The notes under the pieces: generated by a model | Told to the model about the DNA's origin: nothing | The model's input: the letters and a program-made list of their open reading frames with translations, nothing else | Database searches by the model: none | In this document: one piece after another, positions 8,751 through 16,460 of the stretch | How the letters are laid out: every line of letters begins with the position of its first letter | How positions within the stretch are numbered: the first letter of the stretch is position 1 | Source of the DNA: Patescibacteria group bacterium | GTDB taxonomy: Bacteria; Patescibacteriota; Patescibacteriia; Patescibacteriales; JAQTRU01 | Assembly (NCBI GenBank): GCA_028716725.1 | Contig: JAQUPG010000003.1 | Location: forward strand, 11,512-75,511 | Direction: 5' to 3' | Length of the DNA stretch: 64,000 nucleotides | Made by a program: the position numbers and the translations under genes

Positions 8751-10724
8751 ATGCAACTCGAACTTTGGACTGCGGTCATCGCCTTAGCCGGATTAGCTTT
8801 TGCCGGCTGGCTGGCCTACCAGCTTAAAAAGCAAAAAGTAACTGATGAAAAAGCCAAAGAAATCTCCGGCTATATCCACGAGGGCGCTATGGCCTTCCTT
8901 AATAAAGAATATAAAATTTTAGGCACCTTTGTGGTAATCGTCGCTTTAATCCTCTGGTTTACTCCGGGCTTAAAAGGAGAAACCGCTATCTGCTTTATCG
9001 CCGGAGCTGTTTTTTCAATCCTGGCCGGCAATATCGGCATGCGCATTGCCACCACCGCTAATGTCAAAACTGCGGAAGGGGCGAAAGAAAGCTTAAGCAA
9101 AGGATTGGGAATTGCTTTTTCTTCCGGCAGCGTCATGGGCTTAACCGTAGTCGGCTTGGGGCTCTTAGGCGTTAGTTTGGCTTATTATATTTTTCGCGAC
9201 CCGAACGTTATTTACGGTTTCGGTTTCGGCGCTTCCTCGGTCGCGCTTTTCGCCCGCGTCGGCGGCGGGATTTATACGAAAGCCGCGGATGTCGGCGCGG
9301 ATTTGGTCGGCAAGGTTGAAGCCGGCATTCCGGAAGACGACCCGCGCAACCCGGCCACGATTGCCGATAACGTCGGGGATAATGTCGGGGACGTCGCCGG
9401 CATGGGCGCCGACCTTTTTGAAAGCTATGTTGATTCCCTGATCGCGGCCATGGCCTTTGGCGTTTTAACCGTCGCCACTTTCGGGCCCAAAGCCGTGGTT
9501 CTGCCCCTGATGCTCGCCGCAGCCGGAATTATTGCGGCCATCTTGGGAAACTTCATTGTTAAATTATCTAAAAACAGCCAGCCGCAAACGGTTTTAAACC
9601 GGGGGATTTTCTCGGCCGCGATTTTAATGGCGATTGGCGCTTATCCGGTGATTTTCTACACTATCGGCAAAACCGAAGTCTATTGGTCTTTGCTTACTGG
9701 TTTGATTTCGGGCATCGCTATCGGCTTAATCACCGAATACTACACTTCGGATAAAAACAAGCCGGCGCAAGGAGTGGCCAAAGCCGCGGAAAGCGGGCCC
9801 GGCACCAATATTATCGCCGGATTAGCTTTAGGCATGATAAGCACGGTTGTCCCGGTTTTGGTTGTGTGCCTCGCTATCTTTTTATCATTTAAATTCGCCG
9901 GCCTTTACGGGATCGCCATTGCCGCGGTCGGCATGCTTTCCACTTTAGGCATCACTTTAGCGACCGACACTTATGGCCCGGTCGCGGATAACGCCGCCGG
10001 CATTGCGGAAATGGCGGGCATGGGAGGTGAAGCCAGAAAGCGGGCCGAAGAGCTGGACGCCGTCGGCAACACGACGGCCGCGATCGGCAAGGGATTCGCC
10101 ATCGGCTCGGCCGCTTTAACCGCTTTGGCCCTGCTTGTCAGTTTCGGCCAGGCCGTTAAATTAGACATGGTTAATTTAATGAATTCAAACGTTTTAATCG
10201 GCTTGTTTATCGGCGGATTATTGCCCTGCATTTTCTCGGCCCTGTCCATGAAAGCCGTGGGCGAAGCCGCCGGGGATATGGTTAAGGAAGTCAGGCGGCA
10301 ATTTAAAGAAATTCCGGGAATTATGGAAGGAACCGGCAAGCCGGATTATAAGCGCTGCATTGAGATTTCCACGGGCGCGGCCTTAAAGAAAATGATCGCT
10401 CCGGGCTTAATCACCGTCGCGGCTCCGGTTGTGGTCGGTTTGATTTTAGGCGCCGAAGCCCTGGCCGGGTTATTGGCCGGCGCTCTGGTTACGGGATTTT
10501 TGCTGGCCGTCATAATGGCGAATGCCGGCGGGGCCTGGGACAATGCCAAAAAATATATTGAAGCCGGCAATTTAGGCGGCAAGGGCTCGGCCACACATAA
10601 AGCCGCGGTGGTCGGCGACACGGTCGGCGATCCGTTCAAAGACACTTCCGGCCCAAGCTTAAATATCTTAATCAAGTTATTGTCTATAGTCTCCCTTATC
10701 ATCGCGCCGCTGCTTATCTTATAA
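8751..10724 (+). CDS. hppA: Membrane-bound proton/sodium-translocating pyrophosphatase
   Basis: 657-aa polytopic ORF with [27 protein letters not shown] and [11 protein letters not shown] motifs. Confidence 0.95.
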   Translation: MQLELWTAVIALAGLAFAGWLAYQLKKQKVTDEKAKEISGYIHEGAMAFLNKEYKILGTFVVIVALILWFTPGLKGETAICFIAGAVFSILAGNIGMRIATTANVKTAEGAKESLSKGLGIAFSSGSVMGLTVVGLGLLGVSLAYYIFRDPNVIYGFGFGASSVALFARVGGGIYTKAADVGADLVGKVEAGIPEDDPRNPATIADNVGDNVGDVAGMGADLFESYVDSLIAAMAFGVLTVATFGPKAVVLPLMLAAAGIIAAILGNFIVKLSKNSQPQTVLNRGIFSAAILMAIGAYPVIFYTIGKTEVYWSLLTGLISGIAIGLITEYYTSDKNKPAQGVAKAAESGPGTNIIAGLALGMISTVVPVLVVCLAIFLSFKFAGLYGIAIAAVGMLSTLGITLATDTYGPVADNAAGIAEMAGMGGEARKRAEELDAVGNTTAAIGKGFAIGSAALTALALLVSFGQAVKLDMVNLMNSNVLIGLFIGGLLPCIFSALSMKAVGEAAGDMVKEVRRQFKEIPGIMEGTGKPDYKRCIEISTGAALKKMIAPGLITVAAPVVVGLILGAEALAGLLAGALVTGFLLAVIMANAGGAWDNAKKYIEAGNLGGKGSATHKAAVVGDTVGDPFKDTSGPSLNILIKLLSIVSLIIAPLLIL

Positions 10725-10747
10725 TTCTATACTGGCAAGTAAAACTT

Positions 10748-10844
10748 GTTACAAATTACAAATCTTACACAAATATTACAAATAATTAGAAAAAACGACT
10801 ATCTTAACATTTGTAAAATTTGTAATGTATTTGTAATTTGTAAC
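10748..10844. repeat. Inverted heptamer-word array (TACAAAT / ATTTGTA)
   Basis: The left arm 10748-10783 (gttacaaattacaaat...) is an imperfect reverse complement of the right arm 10809-10844 (...atttgtaatttgtaac). Confidence 0.8.
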
Positions 10845-10862
10845 TAACTGAAGTTGATAAAT

Positions 10863-11402
10863 ATGAAAGACTTCTTATCTTTAGTAAAATCAAGGCGAAG
10901 CGTAAGGCAGTACAGGCAAGAGAAGATTCCGCGAGACCAGATTGAAAAAATAATTGAAGCCGGCACTTGGGCGCCCAGCGCCTTTAACCAGCAGCCGATT
11001 AAGTTTTTTGTTTTAGAAGATTCGGCGAAAATTAAACTGGCCGGAGAAAAAATAAGGGAAATGAGAAAGAAGGCCGGAGAAAATATCTGGCGCCAGGAAC
11101 TGCCTGACCCGACTTTTTATCAGGCACCAGCCGTAATTTTTCTCTGCGTCAGCGAACCGAAAAATAAATACGCTTTAGCCGATGCCGCCCTTGCCTGCCA
11201 AAATTGCTTATTGCAGGCAAGAGAAATGGATTTAGCCACGGTTGTTGTCGGCCAAGCGACAATGCTCGAAGAAATCCCAGAGGTAAAAGAAAAGTTGGGC
11301 CTGCCAAACAATTGGGAAATCTTACTTTCTTTCTGCTTAGGTAAAACCGATAGTTTCCCGGAAGCGCCGGAAAGAAAAAAGCCGGAAGTTATATTTAAGT
11401 GA
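10863..11402 (+). CDS. Nitroreductase-family protein
   Basis: RRSVRQY...APSAFNQQP motif. The ATG at 10863 is preferred over the TTG at 10854. Confidence 0.8.
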   Translation: MKDFLSLVKSRRSVRQYRQEKIPRDQIEKIIEAGTWAPSAFNQQPIKFFVLEDSAKIKLAGEKIREMRKKAGENIWRQELPDPTFYQAPAVIFLCVSEPKNKYALADAALACQNCLLQAREMDLATVVVGQATMLEEIPEVKEKLGLPNNWEILLSFCLGKTDSFPEAPERKKPEVIFK

Positions 11403-11415
11403 ATAGTATTTATAC

Positions 11416-11587
11416 TGTCATTGCGAGGCTCCGCCCTTCTTTTCCTATCATTGCGAGAAGCGTAGCGACGAAGCAATCTAACGCACAATGATTTTCATCT
11501 AAAGATTACATTTTGTGCCTGCGCATCATTCGTTAGATTGCCGCGTCAGTCGTCCCGAAGGCTCGGGACTCCTTCCTCGCAATGACA
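11416..11587. mobile_element. MITE-like nested-hairpin element with TGTCATTGCGAGG termini
   Basis: Terminal inverted repeats are tgtcattgcgagg (11416-11428) and cctcgcaatgaca (11575-11587). Internal IRs include gcaatctaacg/cgttagattgc and the hairpin GTCCCGAAGGCTCGGGAC (11552-11569). Confidence 0.6.
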
Positions 11588-11596
11588 AAATAAGAA

Positions 11597-11659
11597 GGCA
11601 AAACCGATAGTTTTCCAGAAGCGCCGGAAAGAAAAAAACCAAAAGTGGTGTTTGAGTAG
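11597..11659 (+). pseudogene. Displaced duplicate of the nitroreductase 3' end
   Basis: Encodes GKTDSFPEAPERKKPKVVFE*, against GKTDSFPEAPERKKPEVIFK* at 11340-11402. A hand alignment gives 51/63 nt identical. Confidence 0.7.
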
Positions 11660-11715
11660 AGATTATCAGGGAGACAGCAAATTAAATGGACTTTACTGGG
11701 GGGGTATCTTTGATG

Positions 11716-11764
11716 TTGACATAATTCTTAGTTTGATATATAATTACTCTTAGTTAGAGTAATT
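11716..11764 (+). promoter_or_regulatory. Consensus promoter plus operator-like palindrome for the 11783-13098 cassette
   Basis: TTGACA (11716-11721), 17 nt, TATAAT (11739-11744). The 9-bp perfect arms AATTACTCT (11742-11750) and AGAGTAATT (11756-11764) overlap the -10 and the transcription start. Confidence 0.6.
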
Positions 11765-11782
11765 TATTTTTAATAAAAAAAT

Positions 11783-12376
11783 ATGAAAAAAATCAAAGCT
11801 AAGTTAAGGGTCATTGTAAAGGCTAATGATCAAATTATAGCCGAATCAGAAGACCCTATTTTATGGCGAAAAGTACTTTCAACTATGACGGGCGCTAATC
11901 CTTTGAGCGAGTCATCAGGCCAAAATTTAGACTCAGATGAACCCCTGGAAGATGACGGAGATGGCGCGATTGATAGATTTGCCAAAACGATTGGAGTTAC
12001 AAAAGAAGAATTAATTGGCGCATGTGACCCTTCGATGAAAACACCATATATTGGATTAGATAGTCGATACTGGGAATCCATAAAGAAAAACACCCCTGAA
12101 CGGGGCCCAAAATCTGTGTCGGTTACAGTATTAGCCTTAACCTTGCTAAACCTTTGGTCAGAAGTTGCCAAACTTCCCAGACCAACAATAAAATTATCAA
12201 AAACCGTGACAAACACGATTAATCTTGTGGATGCGAACATATCTAGAACGATTAAAAATTGCGAATGGCTCCAAATGAAATCTGATAAAATAATTACGCT
12301 GAACCCCGCACAACATTCAAAAGCAGTCGCTATAGCAAAGGCTTATTGTACTAAAAAAGCACCCGAATATAAATAA
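11783..12376 (+). CDS. Hypothetical protein, AT-rich cassette gene A (acidic linker plus wHTH-like C-terminal domain)
   Basis: 197-aa ORF with no family recognised. The C-terminal segment (VLALTLLNLW...ANISRTIKNCEWLQ) resembles the N-terminus of gene B. Confidence 0.55.
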   Translation: MKKIKAKLRVIVKANDQIIAESEDPILWRKVLSTMTGANPLSESSGQNLDSDEPLEDDGDGAIDRFAKTIGVTKEELIGACDPSMKTPYIGLDSRYWESIKKNTPERGPKSVSVTVLALTLLNLWSEVAKLPRPTIKLSKTVTNTINLVDANISRTIKNCEWLQMKSDKIITLNPAQHSKAVAIAKAYCTKKAPEYK

Positions 12377-12381
12377 ATTTT

Positions 12382-13098
12382 ATGGATGAAGTTAATTTTC
12401 TGAAAAAAATTGCATCTGAAAAACTAAAAAATATTGACAAAGCCGTAGCATTAATTTGGTTAACTCGTGCTAACTGTACACATGACGGCTTAACTGCAAG
12501 GGATATATGTAATTTTTTTGAAAACGCAGGATACGGCAAACAGAATGTTACAATTATAGAAAAAAACTTAAAAAAAGATCCTCGAGTAGTAAAAAATTCT
12601 AGGGGGCGGTTTATTATACGAGAAAAAAGAATGGATGATGTTGGTGCGTCATTTGTGGCATATTTAAAAAATAAACCTATACCGCAATCTGAAAGTATTC
12701 TTCCTGATGATATCTTTAATAATTCAAAATATTATATCAAAAGGGTAATTGAACAAATAAACGCCAGCTATGATTACAGCTTATTTGATTGCTGCGCGGT
12801 GATGTGTAGACGGTTATTAGAAACTTTAATTATTGAAGTATATGAATCATACTCGAGATCAGATGAGATAAGAAATATTGATGGAAATTTTTTAATGTTT
12901 TCGGGTTTGTTGAATTATCTTAAAAAAGATAAAACAATAAATGTCAGTAGAAATGGCATTCTTGGCTTGGAAAACTTTAAAAAATTAGGAGATTTGTCAG
13001 CGCACAACAGAAGGTTTAATGCAAAGCAGAACGATATTGATAGAATAAGAGACAGTTTAAGAATTGCTAGTGAAGAATTAATTAATTTAAAAAAGTAA
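12382..13098 (+). CDS. Hypothetical protein, cassette gene B: wHTH-like N-terminus plus DUF4145/HEPN-like C-terminus
   Basis: 238 aa. The C-terminal pattern CCAVMCRRLLETLIIEVYE ... FKKLGDLSAHN..F...QNDIDRIRDSLR matches the A.m.R..lE / lR..GN.aaH layout I associate with DUF4145. Confidence 0.5.
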   Translation: MDEVNFLKKIASEKLKNIDKAVALIWLTRANCTHDGLTARDICNFFENAGYGKQNVTIIEKNLKKDPRVVKNSRGRFIIREKRMDDVGASFVAYLKNKPIPQSESILPDDIFNNSKYYIKRVIEQINASYDYSLFDCCAVMCRRLLETLIIEVYESYSRSDEIRNIDGNFLMFSGLLNYLKKDKTINVSRNGILGLENFKKLGDLSAHNRRFNAKQNDIDRIRDSLRIASEELINLKK

Positions 13099-13107
13099 AA
13101 TAGTTTT

Positions 13108-14394
13108 ATGGAAATAACAAAAAAAGAACTAGAAAAATCACAAATTGAACTGACGGTGGAATTATCTTTGGCCGAATTCAAGCCCTATATAGAAAAAGGC
13201 GTGAAAAAGGTGAGCGAGGAAATAAAAATAGAGGGCTTTCGGCCGGGCAAAGTCCCGTTTAATGTTTTAAAGCAAAAAATCGGGGAGATGACGATTCTGG
13301 AAGAAGCGGCGCAGATTGCCGTTAACAAGACGATTGAAAAAATTTTGGCGGATAATATAGATAAGCAGATAGTGGGACAGCCGCGGGTTGATATTATAAA
13401 ACTGGCTCCTGACAACCCTTTGGTTTTTAAAATTACCTTGTCGGCCCTGCCGGACGTAAAGCTTAGTGACTATAAAAACGCTAAAGTAAAAAGAGAGGAG
13501 AAAGAAATAAAGGACGAGGAAGTAAAAAAAATAATGGATAACCTAAAGGAAATGCGGGCAACAGAGGCAATCGTTGATAGGGAAGCAAAAGAAGGCGATA
13601 AGGTTATTATTGATATAGAAATGTTTCGGGATAACGTGCCTTTGGAAGCCGGGCAAGGAAAAGGCACGGCCGTTATTTTAGGCAAGGATTATTTAATCCC
13701 GGGCTTTGACGCGAAACTGGCCGGCATAAAAAAAGGCGATACAAGGGAATTTGACCTGCCTTATCCAGCCGACCACTACGATAAAAACCTGGCCGGGAAA
13801 TTAGTCCAGTTTAAAGTAAAGGCGAAAGAAATTTTTGAGCGGCAGGTGCCGGAAATAAACGACGAGATCGCTAAAGCCTTTGGCGCCAAGTCCGCCGAGG
13901 ATTTAGAAAAAAATATCCGAAAGAACCTGGAAGAGGAAAAGAAGCGGGAATCCGAGCAGGAACTGGAAATTAAAATTATTGATAAAATTTTAGCTAAAAC
14001 CAAGTTCGGGGATATTCCGGAAGTCTTAATCGACCACGAAGCCGAATCTATGCTGGCCGAGCTTGAGCATACGGTTACGCATCAGGGCGGGAAATTTTCC
14101 GATTATCTCGCGAGCTTAAATAAAACCCGGGACCAGCTTACGCTTGAACTCCTGCCCAACGCCATTAAGCGGGTAAAAAGCGCCCTGGCCATCAGGCAGA
14201 TTGCCATAGAGGAAAAACTCTCGGTTGATGAAAAAGAAATTGATGAAAAAATCGAAGAACTTTTAAAGCAATACAAAGGATACGAAAAAGTCGAGGAACG
14301 GGTTAAAGACCCGTCTTACCGGCTTTACCTTCACAATTCATTGATTAACAATAAAGTGGTTGAGAAATTGAAAGAGTGGAACACGGAGAAGTAA
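13108..14394 (+). CDS. tig: Trigger factor
   Basis: 428 aa with an N-terminal ribosome-binding GFRPGKVP motif and a central FKBP-type PPIase region. Confidence 0.9.
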   Translation: MEITKKELEKSQIELTVELSLAEFKPYIEKGVKKVSEEIKIEGFRPGKVPFNVLKQKIGEMTILEEAAQIAVNKTIEKILADNIDKQIVGQPRVDIIKLAPDNPLVFKITLSALPDVKLSDYKNAKVKREEKEIKDEEVKKIMDNLKEMRATEAIVDREAKEGDKVIIDIEMFRDNVPLEAGQGKGTAVILGKDYLIPGFDAKLAGIKKGDTREFDLPYPADHYDKNLAGKLVQFKVKAKEIFERQVPEINDEIAKAFGAKSAEDLEKNIRKNLEEEKKRESEQELEIKIIDKILAKTKFGDIPEVLIDHEAESMLAELEHTVTHQGGKFSDYLASLNKTRDQLTLELLPNAIKRVKSALAIRQIAIEEKLSVDEKEIDEKIEELLKQYKGYEKVEERVKDPSYRLYLHNSLINNKVVEKLKEWNTEK

Positions 14395-14409
14395 TACCCC
14401 CTTCTTTTT

Positions 14410-14523
14410 TGTCATTCCGAACCCGCAGGGTGAGGAATCCCTTAGACGTGTCAATATTAATGTCCGTGCCATTACAATCTTTAAGGGATCTCTCGCCCCG
14501 AAGCGTCGGGGCTCGAGATGACA
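14410..14523. mobile_element. MITE-like hairpin element, second member of the TGTCATT(C/G)CGA family
   Basis: Termini are tgtcattccga (14410-14420) and tcgagatgaca (14513-14523). Inner IRs are atcccttaga/tctttaagggat and the hairpin CCCCGAAGCGTCGGGG. Confidence 0.55.
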
Positions 14524-14556
14524 AAAAGAAAAAGGAGAGTAATTGCGCCTGCGCCT

Positions 14557-15030
14557 ATGCCTATTTTAGCGATAAACAAACGAGCCAGCTTTGACTATAA
14601 TATCGGCGACAAGTACGAAGCCGGAATGGTTCTTTTCGGGCACGAGGTGAAATCCGTTAAAACCGGGCACATGAGCCTGAAAGGCAGCTATGTAACTTTA
14701 AAACAGAAGCAAAAAAACAAACAGCCGGAGTTTTTTCTTATAAACGCCCATATTCCTTTATATAAGCAGGCCGGCCAGATGCCGAGCTATGACCCGACCC
14801 GGCCGAGGCAGCTGCTTCTTAATAAAAAAGAGATAAAGCGGTTAATCGGGAAGAAGCAGGAGCAAGGATTGACATTAGTGCCTTTAAAAATATATACTAA
14901 ACATAGTTTTGTAAAACTGGAGTTCGGCTTAGGCAAAGGCAAGAAGAAGTACGATAAACGCGAGACAATCAAGAAAAGAGAGGTGGACCGCAAAATCCGC
15001 ACTTTAACAAAACAAGTCAGAAAATCTTGA
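14557..15030 (+). CDS. smpB: SsrA-binding protein SmpB
   Basis: ILAINKRASFDYNI..EAGMVLFGHEVKSVK core. The listed start at 14518 lies inside the repeat element, so the ATG at 14557 is preferred. Confidence 0.85.
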   Translation: MPILAINKRASFDYNIGDKYEAGMVLFGHEVKSVKTGHMSLKGSYVTLKQKQKNKQPEFFLINAHIPLYKQAGQMPSYDPTRPRQLLLNKKEIKRLIGKKQEQGLTLVPLKIYTKHSFVKLEFGLGKGKKKYDKRETIKKREVDRKIRTLTKQVRKS

Positions 15031-15085
15031 ATCTAAAATCCGCAGTCGGCAAATCTGAAATCTAAAATCTACAATCTAAAATCAA
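15031..15085. repeat. Heptamer-word array ATCTAAA/ATCTGAA/ATCTACA upstream of tmRNA
   Basis: aatctaaaatccgcagtcggcaaatctgaaatctaaaatctacaatctaaaatc, with 7-nt periodicity. Confidence 0.8.
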
Positions 15086-15089
15086 AGAC

Positions 15090-15476
15090 GGGGATGCCAG
15101 GCATCGATAATGAGATTTCTTTCTAAACATTCCGGACGTGGCCGCGGGCTATTCACGTAAAACTGGCCCGCAAAATTCAAATGTCAACACATTTGTAAGC
15201 AAGGTCAAAACGGCTTTTGCCAGTTTGGCCTTTGCTCCCGCTATCGCTTAATAAAGCCATAGCCATCCGGCCGGTCGAGTCTTCATAGCCGGTACCGGGT
15301 GTCATTAATGAAGATAGATTTATAAATCGTTCTCGCTTATAAATTAAAACCAAGAGAACTGGTTATTATTGATTTTGCTTTGTTTCTACGGTAATAACGA
15401 GAAAATAAATAAAGCTATTCCTGTAAATATGTTTAGAAGAACTTATTAGACGTGGGTTCGATTCCCACCATCTCCA
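15090..15476 (+). ncRNA. ssrA: tmRNA (one-piece)
   Basis: The 5' GGGGATG pairs with the 3' CATCTCC. T-arm is GTGGGTTCGATTCCCAC. The internal tag frame reads ...AAA ACG GCT TTT GCC AGT TTG GCC TTT GCT CCC GCT ATC GCT TAA TAA (..KTAFASLAFAPAIA**, stops at 15249-15254). It is adjacent to smpB. Confidence 0.85.
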
Positions 15477-15477
15477 C

Positions 15478-15556
15478 AGAGATAATTGCAGATTTAAGAT
15501 TTTAGATTTTAGATTTAATATTTATTCTGCAATCTGCAATCTGAAATCTAAAATTA
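15478..15556. repeat. Inverted heptamer array (AGATTTN arm then ATCTNAA arm)
   Basis: gcagatttaagattttagattttagattta ... tctgcaatctgcaatctgaaatctaaaatt. Confidence 0.8.
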
Positions 15557-15557
15557 T

Positions 15558-15914
15558 ATGACTAAGGAGGAGTTGAAGCAAAGAACAAAAAACTTTGCTT
15601 TAAGAGCTATAAAACTGGTTAATGCTTTGCCAAACACTATTGCCGGCAGAAATATAGGAAGCCAGCTGTTTCGTTCCGGAACTTCGGTGGCCGCAAACTA
15701 TAGGGCCGCCTGCCGCAGCCGATCCACCGCAGAATTTTTAGCTAAATTAAACACGGTTATAGAAGAAGCGGATGAAAGCCTGTTCTGGATTGAAATAATA
15801 AAAGAAAGTAAAATAATAGATGAAAACCGATTACATTCGTTATTAAAAGAAGCTGACGAAATAGTCGCCATAATGGTTGCTTCCAGAAAATCAGTTCAAA
15901 AAAACAATCAGTAA
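15558..15914 (+). CDS. Four-helix-bundle protein (23S rRNA intervening-sequence protein family)
   Basis: RSGTSVAANYRAA.R.RS..EF..KL..V.EEADES.FW signature. Confidence 0.85.
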   Translation: MTKEELKQRTKNFALRAIKLVNALPNTIAGRNIGSQLFRSGTSVAANYRAACRSRSTAEFLAKLNTVIEEADESLFWIEIIKESKIIDENRLHSLLKEADEIVAIMVASRKSVQKNNQ

Positions 15915-15947
15915 ATCTGCAATCTACAATCTTAAATCTAAAATCAT
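15915..15947. repeat. Heptamer-word array ATCTNNA
   Basis: aatctgcaatctacaatcttaaatctaaaatc, directly before tRNA-Leu. Confidence 0.75.
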
Positions 15948-15949
15948 GG

Positions 15950-16034
15950 GCCCGGGTGGTGAAATTGGTATACACGAGGGACTTAAAATCCCTTGGATTC
16001 ATACTCCGTGCGGGTTCGAGTCCCGCCCCGGGCA
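15950..16034 (+). tRNA. tRNA-Leu(TAA), type II
   Basis: Acceptor GCCCGGG/CCCGGGC, anticodon arm AGGGA-CTTAAAA-TCCCT, long variable arm, T-arm GCGGGTTCGAGTCCCGC. Confidence 0.9.
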
Positions 16035-16193
16035 CATAAAAAATAAAATAGAAGTCTTTTCTCGCCTACGCGAGCTAACGCGGGCTTTGCCCGCCGTAGC
16101 GGGAAGAAAAAAAATATTTAATAACAGCCACTTTCGTGCCTATTGAGAGACAGCGGGCTTTGCCCGCCGTAGTCCCGAAGGCTCGGGACGTAG

Positions 16194-16265
16194 GCGGGTA
16201 TCGTATAATGGTTATTATATTACCTTGCCAAGGTAGAGATACGGGTTCGATTCCCGTTACCCGCT
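16194..16265 (+). tRNA. tRNA-Gly(GCC)
   Basis: Acceptor GCGGGTA/TACCCGC, anticodon loop TTGCCAA, T-arm ACGGGTTCGATTCCCGT. Confidence 0.9.
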
Positions 16266-16304
16266 CAGGTATTAACCTTTAACGGTTAACTACTAACATT
16301 TAAC

Positions 16305-16416
16305 CGGAGTATAATGTTATCAGGGTTTGATTCCCGCTTGTCCCGCCGACTTGTCCGCCGAAGCCTTGGCGTCGGTGGAAGTCCCGAAGCTTCGGGACGA
16401 AGGGGGATTACCCGCT
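16305..16416 (+). pseudogene. Decayed tandem copy of tRNA-Gly carrying a 71-nt hairpin-module insertion
   Basis: ggagtataatgttatcagggtttgattcccgct[insert]tacccgctcag aligns to the D-loop, T-arm and acceptor of the intact gene but lacks the anticodon arm. The downstream flank is duplicated too. Confidence 0.65.
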
Positions 16417-16460
16417 CAGATTATAACCTTTAACAGCTAACTATTAACAATTAACTTAAA

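Noticed and set aside
14376-14594. ORFs composed of repeat modules: 14376-14594, 11120-11488 (-), 39152-39367, 50098-50337, 54611-54910 (-), 51551-51787.
   Set aside because: Their 'proteins' (e.g. SFRTRRVRNP, PAGRQG, PPCKGGMGRF) are translations of the GC-rich hairpin and MITE-like elements and overlap better-supported features.
15031-15947. Possibility that the periodic intergenic arrays are CRISPR arrays.
   Set aside because: The units are 7 nt, contiguous and degenerate, with no unique spacers of 25-40 nt. No cas genes are in the window.
15757-16146. ORFs 15757-16035 (-) and 15877-16146 (+), and likewise 24386-24577 (-).
   Set aside because: They run straight through tRNA-Leu(TAA) or tRNA-Ala(TGC) and the repeat modules, and are artefacts of stop-free structured DNA.
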